Shown in pieces: positions 48,750 to 59,231 of a stretch of 64,000 nt of DNA. Within the stretch, counting starts at the first letter, position 1. Every line of letters begins with the position of its first letter. This DNA is from an uncultured Desulfospira sp. GTDB taxonomy: Bacteria > Desulfobacterota > Desulfobacteria > Desulfobacterales > Desulfobacteraceae. The stretch spans positions 1,280,001 through 1,344,000 of the forward strand of contig OY760175.1 in the NCBI GenBank assembly GCA_963663165.1. Direction: 5' to 3'. The notes below the pieces were generated by a model that did not search any database, was not told where the DNA came from, and saw nothing but the letters and a program-made list of their open reading frames with translations. The position numbers and the translations under genes were made by a program.

Positions 48750-51700
48750 AGGTCAGTTAGGTTATCAAGCAGCGGTTGATACACGGCCAGGGCCGTTTCT
48801 AAAATGCCGCTGTGATTAAAGGCGGTCATACTGTCAAAGGGGTCCTGGCCCTGAAAACAAAGCTGAACATAAGGACCGGTCTTGTCCCCGATATTTGAAA
48901 ATGAATTAAACCAGGCTGACTTTGCCCGGTTAAAGGCGGCTAAAAGTCTGTCGTTCTCAGGCGCATCCGCCTTCTCAATCCAGGCGGCGGCCAGGGCAAA
49001 GCCGGTGGCACTAAAAAAGGGGACCAGGTGTTCATGGCCTTTAACGTAAAGGGCGACCAGGGTTTCAAGGATGGGGGCCGCCTTTGAACCTAAAGGGGAA
49101 AACCCGGACAGGGCCGCCGGTTTTTTGCCGTCAGGGTCCTGGCCTGCCATGCGGGTCTGGGCGAAAGACACCTCAAGACCCTCGGGCAGCCCCGTAACAT
49201 TTTTCTGGGCAAGGCCCTGGTTTAAAATCAGATGGTAAATCCAGTGGGACAGCAGCCGGGCCCCGTTTAACTTCCCGAATCCGGCCACGCACCGGACAAG
49301 GGCATTGTCCTGAACAAAAAGGTCCTTGATCACCCCTGAAATCCGGACCCCCCCGGCCATGGTATCCACCCTGATGGGGTCACAGGGCGCGGGCGGGATC
49401 ATCTGTGCTGCGGCCCGGGCAATGGGGCGGGCCGTTTCAAGAAACCCTGAAAATTCAAGCTCCCCTTTTTTTCCTAAGGGAAGGCTGCCCTGGGCCCTGA
49501 AAAAATTGTAGAGATCCGTTGACCGGTTTTCAATCAGATCTTTGAAGGTAAAAATCTCCTCCCCGAGCTTATAGGCGTCAAGTCCCCTGACGGCAAAGGC
49601 TTCCCTGTCCGGGTCCGGGTCCCGGGCCAGGGGAAGTTCAAGCCCCAGGCGATGTTTGACATAGGTCTCCACCGGGTTTTTCAAAAACCGGACCAGGTCC
49701 TGGACAGACAGGGTCTGAATTTCGGACTCATCCGTTAAGGGTGTTTGGCCGTCTTCAGGGGGTCCAAGGTCAATAAAGGGCCGGCCGGGTGATCCGGACC
49801 GGTCTGACAAGCTTGCGGCCATGCGGCCAAATTTCCGGGAATAGGAAAAAAAACCGGGCGTCTGATTAAAGTAAACCGGGCTGAACCCCTGGAGGGGATG
49901 GGCAAAAAAGGGAAACCCGTGGGGGAACCTAAAACTTTGTTCCATGACCCCCATCAGTTCGCTGACCACCCCGGAACAGGGAATGGGGGAGTTATCCTTA
50001 ATGCTCATGCCCGTGTAGGTGATCATCAAATAGTCCCGGGCCGATAGAACCGATTCTAAAAACAGGTACCGGTCCTCGTCTCTGGCCTGCTTGTCCCCTT
50101 TCCTGGGGAACCGGGCAGCCAGGTCAAATCCGGGCTGAAAAAAAGACCTGGGGAAGGCGGCCTCATCCATGCCCATGAGGACCACCACTTTAAAGGGAAT
50201 GCTTCTCATGGGCGTCAGGTTGCAGAAGGTGACGGCCCCGGCCATAAAACGGCCGTGGGAGGTCTGGCGGTCCAGTTTTCTGGTGATCATCTCCCGGATG
50301 GCGGCAAAACTTAAAGTTCCTTTGAAGCCTGCACTTTCAGCATCCTGGGCCAGGGTGTCCAGGGTGGTGAATACAAATCTTAAATCCGACTCATCCCCGG
50401 GACCCGGGGCCAGCATGGCCGATACCACCTGTTTTAAACAACGGACCCACTGGCCGGCGGTCATTTGTTCCTCAAACCGCTCCAGGCTTTGGGCCAGGGT
50501 ATGGATAAAATGGGCCAGCCGTCCCAAAAGGTCGGCATCAAGGCCTTCAAAATAAGGCAGGGGGCAGACGGTGCCGGTCATAAAGGCGTCTTCGGGCAGG
50601 GCCATTCCCGAAAACAGCCGGTCCAGGCCGAACATCCAGGTATTTTCCTCAAACCCGGCACGGGTCAGCTTTTGCCGGTGGGCCCCGTCCCGGCCCCAGA
50701 ACACATTGGCTTTGACAACGGCCGCTTCAATGGCCGAAACTTCGCCTGGCGCGATATCAAATCTGGCCCCGATGGGCTCAAACGCCAGCAGGGAAAGAAC
50801 CCGGTTCCGTTCAAACCGGAAATCGGTCATGGCCAGCAGGGATAAAAAGGCTTCCATAACCGGGGATTCGATCCGTTTCCTTCTGTCCGAAAGGGTAAAG
50901 GGGATGGCCGGGGTCTGCTGCCCCGGAACATGGGAAAACACCGCCTCAATGCAGGGGGCGTAACTTTCCACATCGGGCATCATCACGATGACGTCGTGGG
51001 GGTGAAGGTCTTTGTCCCGGTCAAAGGCGTCCAGGAGCAGGTCTTTGAGCACCTGGGCTTCTCTCATGGGTGAATGGCAGGCATGAAGGCAGATGGACCG
51101 GTCTGTTGCAGATATCTCAACAGGCAGGGCATCACCGCCGGGCTTTCTTTGAGTCAGATTCAGGATATCGGACTGAAGAACGGACAGCATGGTAGGGCTT
51201 TGGCCCTTGTCCGGGACAGGGTCCTGAAACAGCTCCCCAAAGGGTTCATCATAATCCAGCTCTTCCAGGCAGGAAAAAAAATCCCGGCCGGTCTTCCCCA
51301 GTGCTGAAAGCAACGGGTTAACGGTTTCAAAAAAAGGCCCGGCAGGTGCCGGTTCCCGGGGCAATTCAAGCCCTGCCCTGCCCGCCTGCTTTGGCGAAGG
51401 AATATCAAAAAAAAACTGGGAACAGGGGGTGAGCAAAAACAAATAAACGTCCCGGTGGCGGGACAGGGCCGATAAAATATGGAGAAACGAAACCGGCATG
51501 GCCGATATCCCGAACAGGCAGATCCGTTTGGGAACGGCGGGATTTGGCACCCCGCCCTGTTTTAAAAAGGCCGCCATCAAATCGGCGAATCCCCGGTGTT
51601 GTTGGGACACCTGGTTCCAGACCAGGGACTGCCATTGTTCAATTTCCCTGGCTTTGGGGTCTTTTGAAAAAATAAGCTGATTTTCCTGCCACTTTAAGAG

Positions 51701-52147
51701 CATGTCCGGCCGGTACACCTGGTACCCGTCCAGGATACCGGCAATTTTAAAAGACAACTGGAGCCCTTTTCTGCCCGAGGTATCCTGATCGGCATAGGCG
51801 GTTAGCCCGTTAAGGCACTCATGGCCAGGCGCTGGTTTTCCATTGAGCAGGTCCATGACCGACCAGAGGATCATATCTTCAGTGATCAGGGCGGCTGCCG
51901 GATGGGGGGGGAGGTCCGGTTCAGGGGACAACAGGGCCTCCATGATCTGCCGGGGGAACATGAAAGATACGTTGGCGCAAACCCCCAGGGTCTGGGCCAT
52001 TTGTGCCGTCACCCACTGGCGCATGCCCCGGGACTGGACGCCGATCCATTCCGGGGCCATGGGATTATCATCCGGGACCGTTGAAAGCACCTGGCACAGG
52101 GCCCGGCCCAAGGTTTCCATCCGGTTGCTTTTAATCAGGTTCAGCAC
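48746..52147 (-). CDS. recC: Exodeoxyribonuclease V gamma subunit
   Basis: SNRMETL, VQSRGMRQW, HACHSPMREAQVL, VMMPD, PMRSIPFKVV, DRYLFLE. Confidence 0.95.
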   Translation of the reverse strand: MLNLIKSNRMETLGRALCQVLSTVPDDNPMAPEWIGVQSRGMRQWVTAQMAQTLGVCANVSFMFPRQIMEALLSPEPDLPPHPAAALITEDMILWSVMDLLNGKPAPGHECLNGLTAYADQDTSGRKGLQLSFKIAGILDGYQVYRPDMLLKWQENQLIFSKDPKAREIEQWQSLVWNQVSQQHRGFADLMAAFLKQGGVPNPAVPKRICLFGISAMPVSFLHILSALSRHRDVYLFLLTPCSQFFFDIPSPKQAGRAGLELPREPAPAGPFFETVNPLLSALGKTGRDFFSCLEELDYDEPFGELFQDPVPDKGQSPTMLSVLQSDILNLTQRKPGGDALPVEISATDRSICLHACHSPMREAQVLKDLLLDAFDRDKDLHPHDVIVMMPDVESYAPCIEAVFSHVPGQQTPAIPFTLSDRRKRIESPVMEAFLSLLAMTDFRFERNRVLSLLAFEPIGARFDIAPGEVSAIEAAVVKANVFWGRDGAHRQKLTRAGFEENTWMFGLDRLFSGMALPEDAFMTGTVCPLPYFEGLDADLLGRLAHFIHTLAQSLERFEEQMTAGQWVRCLKQVVSAMLAPGPGDESDLRFVFTTLDTLAQDAESAGFKGTLSFAAIREMITRKLDRQTSHGRFMAGAVTFCNLTPMRSIPFKVVVLMGMDEAAFPRSFFQPGFDLAARFPRKGDKQARDEDRYLFLESVLSARDYLMITYTGMSIKDNSPIPCSGVVSELMGVMEQSFRFPHGFPFFAHPLQGFSPVYFNQTPGFFSYSRKFGRMAASLSDRSGSPGRPFIDLGPPEDGQTPLTDESEIQTLSVQDLVRFLKNPVETYVKHRLGLELPLARDPDPDREAFAVRGLDAYKLGEEIFTFKDLIENRSTDLYNFFRAQGSLPLGKKGELEFSGFLETARPIARAAAQMIPPAPCDPIRVDTMAGGVRISGVIKDLFVQDNALVRCVAGFGKLNGARLLSHWIYHLILNQGLAQKNVTGLPEGLEVSFAQTRMAGQDPDGKKPAALSGFSPLGSKAAPILETLVALYVKGHEHLVPFFSATGFALAAAWIEKADAPENDRLLAAFNRAKSAWFNSFSNIGDKTGPYVQLCFQGQDPFDSMTAFNHSGILETALAVYQPLLDNLTDL

Positions 52148-52155
52148 GGAAAAAG

Positions 52156-52872
52156 CTAACGGATCAGCAAATTGGTTCCCGGGTAAATGGGATCACCGGG
52201 AGCCATCTTGTTTAATTTTAAAATGGCGGGAACCGTGGTTTTATATTTTTGAGAGATGGACCAGAGGGTGTCCCCTTTTTTTACGGTATGGAACATGTCC
52301 TTTTTGGCAGGCTTGGCCACGGCGGCTTTTTTCACCGGCGGGGCGGCGGCCTTTTTTTCCGGTGCCTTTGCCGTTGCCACAGGTTTTTTAACCGGTGCCG
52401 CTTTTACCGGTTCAGGGGCGGTTTTAATGGACTTAAGCCGGCTTTCAAGGTCTGCCATACGGCCGATGAGGGAGTCCATTTTAAGGGTGACCGAGGTCTG
52501 CATCCGGTCCAGGTTCTGCGCCATTCTGGCCAGGTCTTTTTTTAAAACATCCGAAGACATGCCGGGGCCTTGTTCACCGGAGTCTTGGGCCCCTTTCATC
52601 TCCCCTATGGTGGTTTCAAGGGCTTCAATTTTTTGCTCTAGTTTCGCGATGGTTTCCTTTGCTGCGGCATGGGACGCATCATCAGACCCGGAAGACCTGA
52701 AAAATAAAAAAAAGACCGCCACCGTCACCAGCAATGCGCCCCCGATAATCAACGGCAGTTCATTTTTTTTCAGCACAGAGGGTCGAACCACTTCCTGATT
52801 CTGGAGAGGATTCCCGGCCATGGCTGTGTTTTGGACCCTGCTTTTTGGATTCAGACTGTTTTTCTGATTCAT
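52156..52872 (-). CDS. Membrane-anchored coiled-coil LysM protein
   Basis: One TM segment, a coiled coil and C-terminal HTVKKGDTLWSISQKY...IYPG. ATG 52872 follows AGGAG. Confidence 0.88.
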   Translation of the reverse strand: MNQKNSLNPKSRVQNTAMAGNPLQNQEVVRPSVLKKNELPLIIGGALLVTVAVFFLFFRSSGSDDASHAAAKETIAKLEQKIEALETTIGEMKGAQDSGEQGPGMSSDVLKKDLARMAQNLDRMQTSVTLKMDSLIGRMADLESRLKSIKTAPEPVKAAPVKKPVATAKAPEKKAAAPPVKKAAVAKPAKKDMFHTVKKGDTLWSISQKYKTTVPAILKLNKMAPGDPIYPGTNLLIR

Positions 52873-52915
52873 TTTTTTGAACTCCTGATATGGATTGGCA
52901 CCAAGGATGCGGGTC

Positions 52916-52944
52916 ATTATAGTGGGACTAGGAATCTGTGTCAA
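52916..52944 (-). promoter_or_regulatory. Consensus sigma70 promoter
   Basis: Minus strand TTGACA-17 nt-TATAAT, an exact consensus match. Confidence 0.85.
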
Positions 52945-53073
52945 TGCGCTGGGAAATTGGGGGGGGGGGGGAGAAAGTGGGAAAGTGGGCCGGGGGGGAG
53001 TGGGAGACGGGATGTTTTAACCCCAGTCTCCCTTTTTCCGGTCTCCGGTCTTCCGGTCTTCCGTTTTATTGTC

Positions 53074-54498
53074 TTATTTTTCGAACCTTACTACGAACAC
53101 ATGGCTGTTGCCCCGGCGGAACAGCATTCTGGCCACATATCCTTTTTGAATTTTTTGAAGGACCTTGTTGTATTCGTCATACCCCTTGACTTTTCTATGG
53201 TTAATTTCGATTAAAAGGTCTCCTCGCTGAACCCCGGATCTGGCGGCCTGGCTGTCCGGCTTGATCTGGGTGACCACAAGGCCTTGGATGCCTGAAGGAT
53301 ACCCGAGCTGGCCTGCGATCTCATCATCCATCTGCTGGAATTTGAACCCAAAGGTGTCATATTCGTCTATGGTGGCCAGGGCATCGGGATCACCGTCGGG
53401 CCGTTCCCCAAGCTTTACCTTGACGGTTTTGGTGTCGCCGCTGCGGATCAGCTGGACCTTGATGGTCTCGCCCACGGCAATATTGGCTATGGTCAGGCTC
53501 AAGTCCCGTGAGGTTTCAATGGGCTTGCCGTTGATCTGTGTGATCACATCACCGGGAAGGATGCCGGCCTCATCTGCCGGGTTGCCCTCATACACCTTGG
53601 AGACGTAAACCCCGGTGGTATTTTCAATGCCGTAATATTCGGCCAGTTCCTTGTTCACGTCCTGGATGGCCACGCCCATCCACCCCCGGGACACCTGTTT
53701 GGATTTGGTGAGCTGGTCAATGATGCCCGTGGCCAGGTCCGACGGAATGGCAAACCCGATGCCCTGGCCGGATTTGATGATGGCCGTGTTGATGCCGATG
53801 ACATCCCCGTCAAGGTTGAGCAGGGGGCCCCCGCTGTTGCCCGGGTTAATGGAGGCGTCGGTCTGGATAAAATCGTCATAGGGACCGGACCCTAAGATTC
53901 TGCCTTTGGCGGAAATGATCCCGGCGGTGACGGTCTGCTCTAAGCCAAAGGGGCTGCCGATGGCCACAACCCAGGACCCGACCTTGGCGTCAGAAGACTT
54001 GCCGAACTTTAAGGCATGAAGGTTTTTGGCGTCGATTTTGATCAGGGCCAGGTCGGTCATGGAATCCGTGCCCACAACTTTGGCATCGTATTCCGTACTG
54101 TCGGACAGGATAACCTTGATCTGGTCAGCATCCTTGACCACATGGTTGTTGGTGACGATATACCCGTCCTTGCTGATGATAAATCCAGACCCCAGGCTTT
54201 GCTCCTTCCGGCCCATGGACGGGTTCTGGTTGAAAAACGGTGCAAAAAAGTCGTTGAACTGGTCCTGGTTGCCAAAGGGGCTGCCGAAAAAATGCCGGTA
54301 AACCCGCCCGCCGCCTTGAATGTTTTTTTGGGTCTGGATATTGACGACCCCGGGTTTGGCTTCCTGGGCCAGGGTGGAAAAACTTGCCGGTACCATCTGG
54401 GTTTTCTGATCTGCGAAGGCCAGAGCTGCCAGGGCAACCAGGCCGAGAACCAGCATGGCCGATGTCATTTTTTTAAAGTGTTTCATAATGCCCTCCAC
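53074..54498 (-). CDS. degP: Do/DegP-family periplasmic serine protease (2 PDZ)
   Basis: GSGFII, TNNHVV, DLALIK, IQTDASINPGNSGGPL. Confidence 0.93.
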   Translation of the reverse strand: MEGIMKHFKKMTSAMLVLGLVALAALAFADQKTQMVPASFSTLAQEAKPGVVNIQTQKNIQGGGRVYRHFFGSPFGNQDQFNDFFAPFFNQNPSMGRKEQSLGSGFIISKDGYIVTNNHVVKDADQIKVILSDSTEYDAKVVGTDSMTDLALIKIDAKNLHALKFGKSSDAKVGSWVVAIGSPFGLEQTVTAGIISAKGRILGSGPYDDFIQTDASINPGNSGGPLLNLDGDVIGINTAIIKSGQGIGFAIPSDLATGIIDQLTKSKQVSRGWMGVAIQDVNKELAEYYGIENTTGVYVSKVYEGNPADEAGILPGDVITQINGKPIETSRDLSLTIANIAVGETIKVQLIRSGDTKTVKVKLGERPDGDPDALATIDEYDTFGFKFQQMDDEIAGQLGYPSGIQGLVVTQIKPDSQAARSGVQRGDLLIEINHRKVKGYDEYNKVLQKIQKGYVARMLFRRGNSHVFVVRFEK

Positions 54499-54584
54499 GG
54501 TTTATTTATGGGTTTTTGTTGTCGCATTGTCCTGCTTAACCATGAATAATAAAACAGAAAGCTCACTTTTAAATGACCTGAAGA

Positions 54585-56027
54585 TTACAATGCGGTAATC
54601 GAAGCCGGCAGGGTCAGGGTAAACACCGATCCTTTTCCGGGGGTGCTGTCAACGATGATGTCCCCTGCGTGCTGTTTGGCGATGGTCCTGGCAAGGCTTA
54701 AGCCAAGGCCGGTTCCCTGGCTGGTCCGGGAGGATTCGGCCCGGAAAAACCGTTCAAATATTTTTTCAAAATGAACCGGATCAATCCCGGGGCCTGTGTC
54801 CGACACGTCAATGGCCGTCATGCCGTCCTTACGGTTCCGGACACGGACTTGGACCTTTCCCCCGGCCGGGGTGTATTTAAGGGCATTGTCCACCAGGTTG
54901 GAAAAGGCCCGCTGAAGCATTCTGGAATCTGCTAAGACCTTAAGGTTTTCTTCAACGTCAAAGGTCAGTTCGATGTCTTTGTCCTCTGCCACGGGGATGA
55001 ACAGCTCGCAAATCCCGGTGATCATGCCGGTTAAGTCCACCTCGCTGAACTCAAATTCAGCTTCCCCGGCTTCGGCCCTGGAGATGACCAGCATGGTGTT
55101 GATCATGTCCAGAAGCCGGTCAGACTCCTCAATGGTGTTGGCCGCCATGGTTTCATATTCCCGGACCGATGAGTTCTGAACCAGGGACAGTTCAGCAAAG
55201 CCCCGGATCCGGGTCAAAGGGCTTTTCAGGTCATGGGCAATGTTGTCGCTCATTTCCCGGATGGAGCCCACCAGGTCTGAAATCCGGTCCAGCATCCGGT
55301 TAAAGGTGGAGGCCAGCTGGTCGAGTTCGTCCTGGTTTCCGGTGATCCTTACCCGTTCTTCAAGGTTGGAGCCTGTGATGCTCTGGGCGGTTTTCCGTAT
55401 CCGGTCCACACCGGCCATGGCCTTTCGAACCAGGAACCAGCCCGATACGGCGGAGAACAGGATAATAAATCCCATGGCCACCAGAAAAACCATCCTGAAG
55501 GCCGATAAAAACCGGGATTCAAAATCCATGGCAATACCGGTCTGAAGAATGATATTTTTGGCGGCCAGGGCATAAAGGACCCGGGCCTTCTGGTCACTGA
55601 ACAGTTTGTCTGAATTTTCAGGCCGTCTTTCAAGGGTTTCAAACACCGGGGTCTGTTTTTCCAGAAGGCCTTTTATAGACGCCAGATTGACCGGCACCTT
55701 TTTCCAATAGGACATGTGGGAAGAGGCAAAGACCTCGCCGCTGGGATAAAGCAGCCTGAAAAAAATCATTTTCTCACCGCTGGCCTGGGCCTCAATGACG
55801 GCTAAGTTGCCGGCCCCCACCAGGCCGTTTCTCTGGATCACCTTTGAAAAATAGGCGGCCTTGTCTAAAAGGTCCCGGTCCACCTGGTCCTGGAGGGTCT
55901 GGGCGGCAATATAGTAAAACAGGCCGAATGCCACGCAGGAGGAGATGGAAAAAATCCCCGCGTACCAGATGGTCAGCCGGAAAGCGATGGTTTTAAAAAA
56001 ATCAGGCATTCCCGGTTTTAAGGACAT
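54585..56027 (-). CDS. HAMP sensor histidine kinase (OmpR-partner type; start may be 56009)
   Basis: Two TM segments, HAMP (DELDQLASTFNRML), NIAHDLKSPL, DNALKYT, GTGLGL. Confidence 0.93.
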   Translation of the reverse strand: MSLKPGMPDFFKTIAFRLTIWYAGIFSISSCVAFGLFYYIAAQTLQDQVDRDLLDKAAYFSKVIQRNGLVGAGNLAVIEAQASGEKMIFFRLLYPSGEVFASSHMSYWKKVPVNLASIKGLLEKQTPVFETLERRPENSDKLFSDQKARVLYALAAKNIILQTGIAMDFESRFLSAFRMVFLVAMGFIILFSAVSGWFLVRKAMAGVDRIRKTAQSITGSNLEERVRITGNQDELDQLASTFNRMLDRISDLVGSIREMSDNIAHDLKSPLTRIRGFAELSLVQNSSVREYETMAANTIEESDRLLDMINTMLVISRAEAGEAEFEFSEVDLTGMITGICELFIPVAEDKDIELTFDVEENLKVLADSRMLQRAFSNLVDNALKYTPAGGKVQVRVRNRKDGMTAIDVSDTGPGIDPVHFEKIFERFFRAESSRTSQGTGLGLSLARTIAKQHAGDIIVDSTPGKGSVFTLTLPASITAL

Positions 56028-56682
56028 ACCCGGCGCCCCGGACCGTGTGGATCAACTTGTCGGGAAATCCCTTGTCCACCTTGTCTCGAAGCCGGCAGAT
56101 CCTTGCCTCCACCACGTTGGTCATGGGGTCAAAATTATAGTTCCAGACATGCTCCATGATCATGGTCTTGGACACCACCCGCTCCCGGTTTCTCATCAGG
56201 TATTCCAACAGGGAGAACTCTAAAGGCTGAAGCTCAATTTCGTCCTCTCCCCGTATGACTTTGCGCTTGACAATATCAACGGACAGGTCGGCATAGGTCA
56301 GGTTCACCGGGTCGGTGATATTGCCGGCCCTGCGGATCAATGCCTGGACCCTGGCCAGAAGCTCGGAAAAGGCAAAGGGTTTGGTCAGATAGTCGTCGGC
56401 GCCGGCCTCAAGCCCCTTGACCCGGTCATCCACCCGGCCCCGGGCGCTTAAAATGATAATGGGGGTATTGTCCTCGCCGGCCCGGATTTTCTTAATCAGG
56501 GACAGTCCGTCCAGTTCCGGCAGCATGATGTCAATAATCAGGGTGTCAAAGGGCGCGCCCCCGGCCATGTCAAGCCCTTCAGTTCCGGTGCGTGCGACGT
56601 CTACGGCAAAGCCCGAGGCCTTGAGGCCCTTTTCAATAAACCCTGCAATTTTTTCATCGTCTTCCACCAGCAGAATTCTCAT
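56002..56682 (-). CDS. OmpR-family response regulator (CusR/CzcR-like)
   Basis: LLVEDD, IIDIMLP, GADDYLTKPF, NVVEARICRLRDK, HTVRGAGY. Confidence 0.94.
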   Translation of the reverse strand: MRILLVEDDEKIAGFIEKGLKASGFAVDVARTGTEGLDMAGGAPFDTLIIDIMLPELDGLSLIKKIRAGEDNTPIIILSARGRVDDRVKGLEAGADDYLTKPFAFSELLARVQALIRRAGNITDPVNLTYADLSVDIVKRKVIRGEDEIELQPLEFSLLEYLMRNRERVVSKTMIMEHVWNYNFDPMTNVVEARICRLRDKVDKGFPDKLIHTVRGAGYVLKTGNA

Positions 56683-56894
56683 GAATGGTTCCTTATAATT
56701 AGGGGTTTAGGCTGAAGGAGGTTAGGCTGAAGTATTTTATAACCATCATTTATAACCATCACCCTTCAGTCTTCAGCCTTCAGCCTTTAATACTATATGA
56801 CGGTGACGGCTTTTATCAATATTGATTTGATTTTTTTAAGACAAACAGATAAAGTTGCAAAAATTTCACAGCCCCTGGCGTCAAGGAGTCCCAT

Positions 56895-57140
56895 ATAAAA
56901 CCGTTACTGAACATAAAATATACCTGGTGGATCTTTCAGGTGCTGCTGGTGGCGGTTTCGGCGTTTTTCCTTTTTTTCGGGTGGGACCTGCTCATGGCGG
57001 CCTATCAGCTCAAAGATCCCTTTTCCTTTATCATGACCTTTTTTGCCGCCAACTTTATTTTGCTCATCAGCCTGACCCTAGGCTTAAGTTTTGTGATCAA
57101 AATGGTCCGGGTCTATAAGCGAATTCAAAACAAACCCTAA
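56895..57140 (+). CDS. Small two-TM membrane protein (start uncertain: ATA 56895 or GTG 56940)
   Basis: Hydrophobic ORF directly upstream of the ABC-F gene; AGGAG 6 nt before ATA 56895. Confidence 0.6.
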   Translation: MKPLLNIKYTWWIFQVLLVAVSAFFLFFGWDLLMAAYQLKDPFSFIMTFFAANFILLISLTLGLSFVIKMVRVYKRIQNKP

Positions 57141-57158
57141 CCGCTAAAAGCCTTTCCC

Positions 57159-59033
57159 ATGTCCGTTTTATTCAGCCTCAAACAAGTATCCAAAGCCTAC
57201 GGGGATGACACCCTTTTTGATGACCTTAGTGTTGACTTTAAACAGGGGGAACAGTTAGGCCTGATCGGCATGAACGGCTCGGGCAAATCCACACTGCTCA
57301 AGCTCATTGCCGGGTTGAGCCTGCCGGATGAGGGCGAACTAGTCCTTAAAAAAGGGGAACGGTTTGTCTACCTGGCCCAGGAGGACCGGTTCGATCCGGA
57401 CCAGACCATTGAGCAGGTCCTGGTTGAGGGCCTGAAGTCCCTGGAAAAAGAAGATCTAGGACAGGTTTTGGATGAACGCGAACTGCACCGCCGGGTGAAC
57501 CGGTCCCTTGGCAAGGGGATGTTTTCAGACCCTTCCCGGAAAACGGGCAAGCTGTCCGGGGGATGGAAAAAAAGGCTGGCCATTACCCGGGCCCTTTGCA
57601 TGGAACCCGATGTCCTTTTGCTGGACGAGCCCACCAATCATCTGGATCTGAGCGGTATTCTCTGGCTTGAATCCCTGCTCCGACAGGCGGCTTTTTCCTT
57701 TGTGGTGGTCAGCCATGACCGGGCCTTCCTGGAAAATATCTGCCAGAATATCATGGAAATCGGCCCCTGTTATGAGAACGGATATTTTAAAATCCCGGGC
57801 CAGTACCGGAAATTTGAAAAGGAACGGGAAAAACTGCTTGAAGCCCAGCTCAAGCAGCAGGCGTCCCTGGCCAGCAAAATGCGCCGGGAGGATGAATGGC
57901 TCAAACAAGGCGCAAAGGCCCGGTCCACAAAGGCCAAGTACCGAATCCAGGAGGCGGCAAGGTTACGGGAACAGCTGTCCGCCATCCAGGAACGAAACCG
58001 GCAGACCGCCCGGGTGGACATTGATTTTTCAGGCACCGGCCGGCAGACGCGGAAACTGATCCGGGCCCATAACATCGCAAAAAGCTTTCAGGACAAGGTG
58101 TTGTTTTCGAATATCACCTTTGAAATCGGGCCGGGGTTCTGTCTTGGGGTGACCGGGGACAACGGCTCGGGGAAATCCACGTTTTTGTCCATCCTTGAAA
58201 AAAAACTGGAACCGGACACCGGCACGGTCAAATGGGCCGAGAACCTGAAGATTGCCGTATTTGACCAGAACCGGGCCCGCCTGGACCCTGAAAAAACCTT
58301 AAAAGAAGCCTTAAACCCGGCCGGCGGCGATTCGGTCAATTACAAGGGAAATCCCCTGCACGTGGTCACCTGGGCCAAACGATTCCTGTTCATGCCCGAC
58401 CAGCTGGACATGCCCGTAAAGCGTTTGTCCGGGGGGGAAAAGGCCCGGATCATCCTGGCCAACCTCATGCTGGAACCCTGTGATATCCTGATGCTGGACG
58501 AGCCCACCAACGACCTGGACATCCTCTCCCTTGACGTCCTGGAACAGAGCATCAAAGAGTTTAAAGGCGGGGTCATCATCGTCTCCCATGACCGGTTTCT
58601 CATGGACCGGGTCTGCCACCGGATCCTTTACCTGGACCCGGATATTCCCAAATCCGGGGATACAAAGTCCCATCCGGTCTTTTTCAAAGGCTTTGACCAG
58701 ATCCTGAAATACAGACAGGAAAGGCAAACAGAAAAGAAAACGCTGGCAAATAAAGAAAAAGACCCGGTCCCCCCTCCGCCCCGCCCGTCCAAACCATCCA
58801 AAGGACTGTCGTTTAAAGACAAGTACGAGTTAGAGCATATCGAAGAAAAAATCCTTGACGCCGAAGCCCGGGTGGACGAACTGACCCAGGCCGTCCAAAC
58901 CCCTGAGGCCGTCAACGACCCGGCCCTCATGGCCCAACTGTGTTCAGACCTTGAACAGGCCCAGGCCCTTGTCTCTGACCTTTATAACCGGTGGGAAGAA
59001 CTGGAAGACCGGAAACGGGAAACCCAAGGCTGA
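57159..59033 (+). CDS. uup: ABC-F ATPase, Uup-like
   Basis: Two ABC domains, linker EDEWLKQGAKARSTKAKYRI and C-terminal coiled coil LSFKDKYELE...YNRWEELE. Confidence 0.88.
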   Translation: MSVLFSLKQVSKAYGDDTLFDDLSVDFKQGEQLGLIGMNGSGKSTLLKLIAGLSLPDEGELVLKKGERFVYLAQEDRFDPDQTIEQVLVEGLKSLEKEDLGQVLDERELHRRVNRSLGKGMFSDPSRKTGKLSGGWKKRLAITRALCMEPDVLLLDEPTNHLDLSGILWLESLLRQAAFSFVVVSHDRAFLENICQNIMEIGPCYENGYFKIPGQYRKFEKEREKLLEAQLKQQASLASKMRREDEWLKQGAKARSTKAKYRIQEAARLREQLSAIQERNRQTARVDIDFSGTGRQTRKLIRAHNIAKSFQDKVLFSNITFEIGPGFCLGVTGDNGSGKSTFLSILEKKLEPDTGTVKWAENLKIAVFDQNRARLDPEKTLKEALNPAGGDSVNYKGNPLHVVTWAKRFLFMPDQLDMPVKRLSGGEKARIILANLMLEPCDILMLDEPTNDLDILSLDVLEQSIKEFKGGVIIVSHDRFLMDRVCHRILYLDPDIPKSGDTKSHPVFFKGFDQILKYRQERQTEKKTLANKEKDPVPPPPRPSKPSKGLSFKDKYELEHIEEKILDAEARVDELTQAVQTPEAVNDPALMAQLCSDLEQAQALVSDLYNRWEELEDRKRETQG

Positions 59034-59074
59034 AGGCCGGAAAATACAAAGACGGCAACCGGACAATCGCATAT

Positions 59075-59231
59075 GGACTTGGGATATGGGACTTGGGACT
59101 TGGGAATTGCAGCATCCACGGCCTCCCCAAGTCCTAAGCCGATAGTTAGCGTGAGCCCGTTTGATTTATCCCTCACAAACAACATGTTATATGGACAATG
59201 GTGGGCAACGCTGCGCTTTTGCCCACCCTAC
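59075..59231. repeat. Family A heptamer element joined to a REP-like unit
   Basis: 59075-59134 is family A. 59158-59231 is homologous to 4690-4779 and ends GGTGGGCAACGCTGCGCTTTTGCCCACCCTAC. Confidence 0.8.

Noticed and set aside
52873..52944. ORF-track TTG start of the LysM gene
   Set aside because: The TTG is part of the -35 box TTGACA. ATG 52872 has the RBS.
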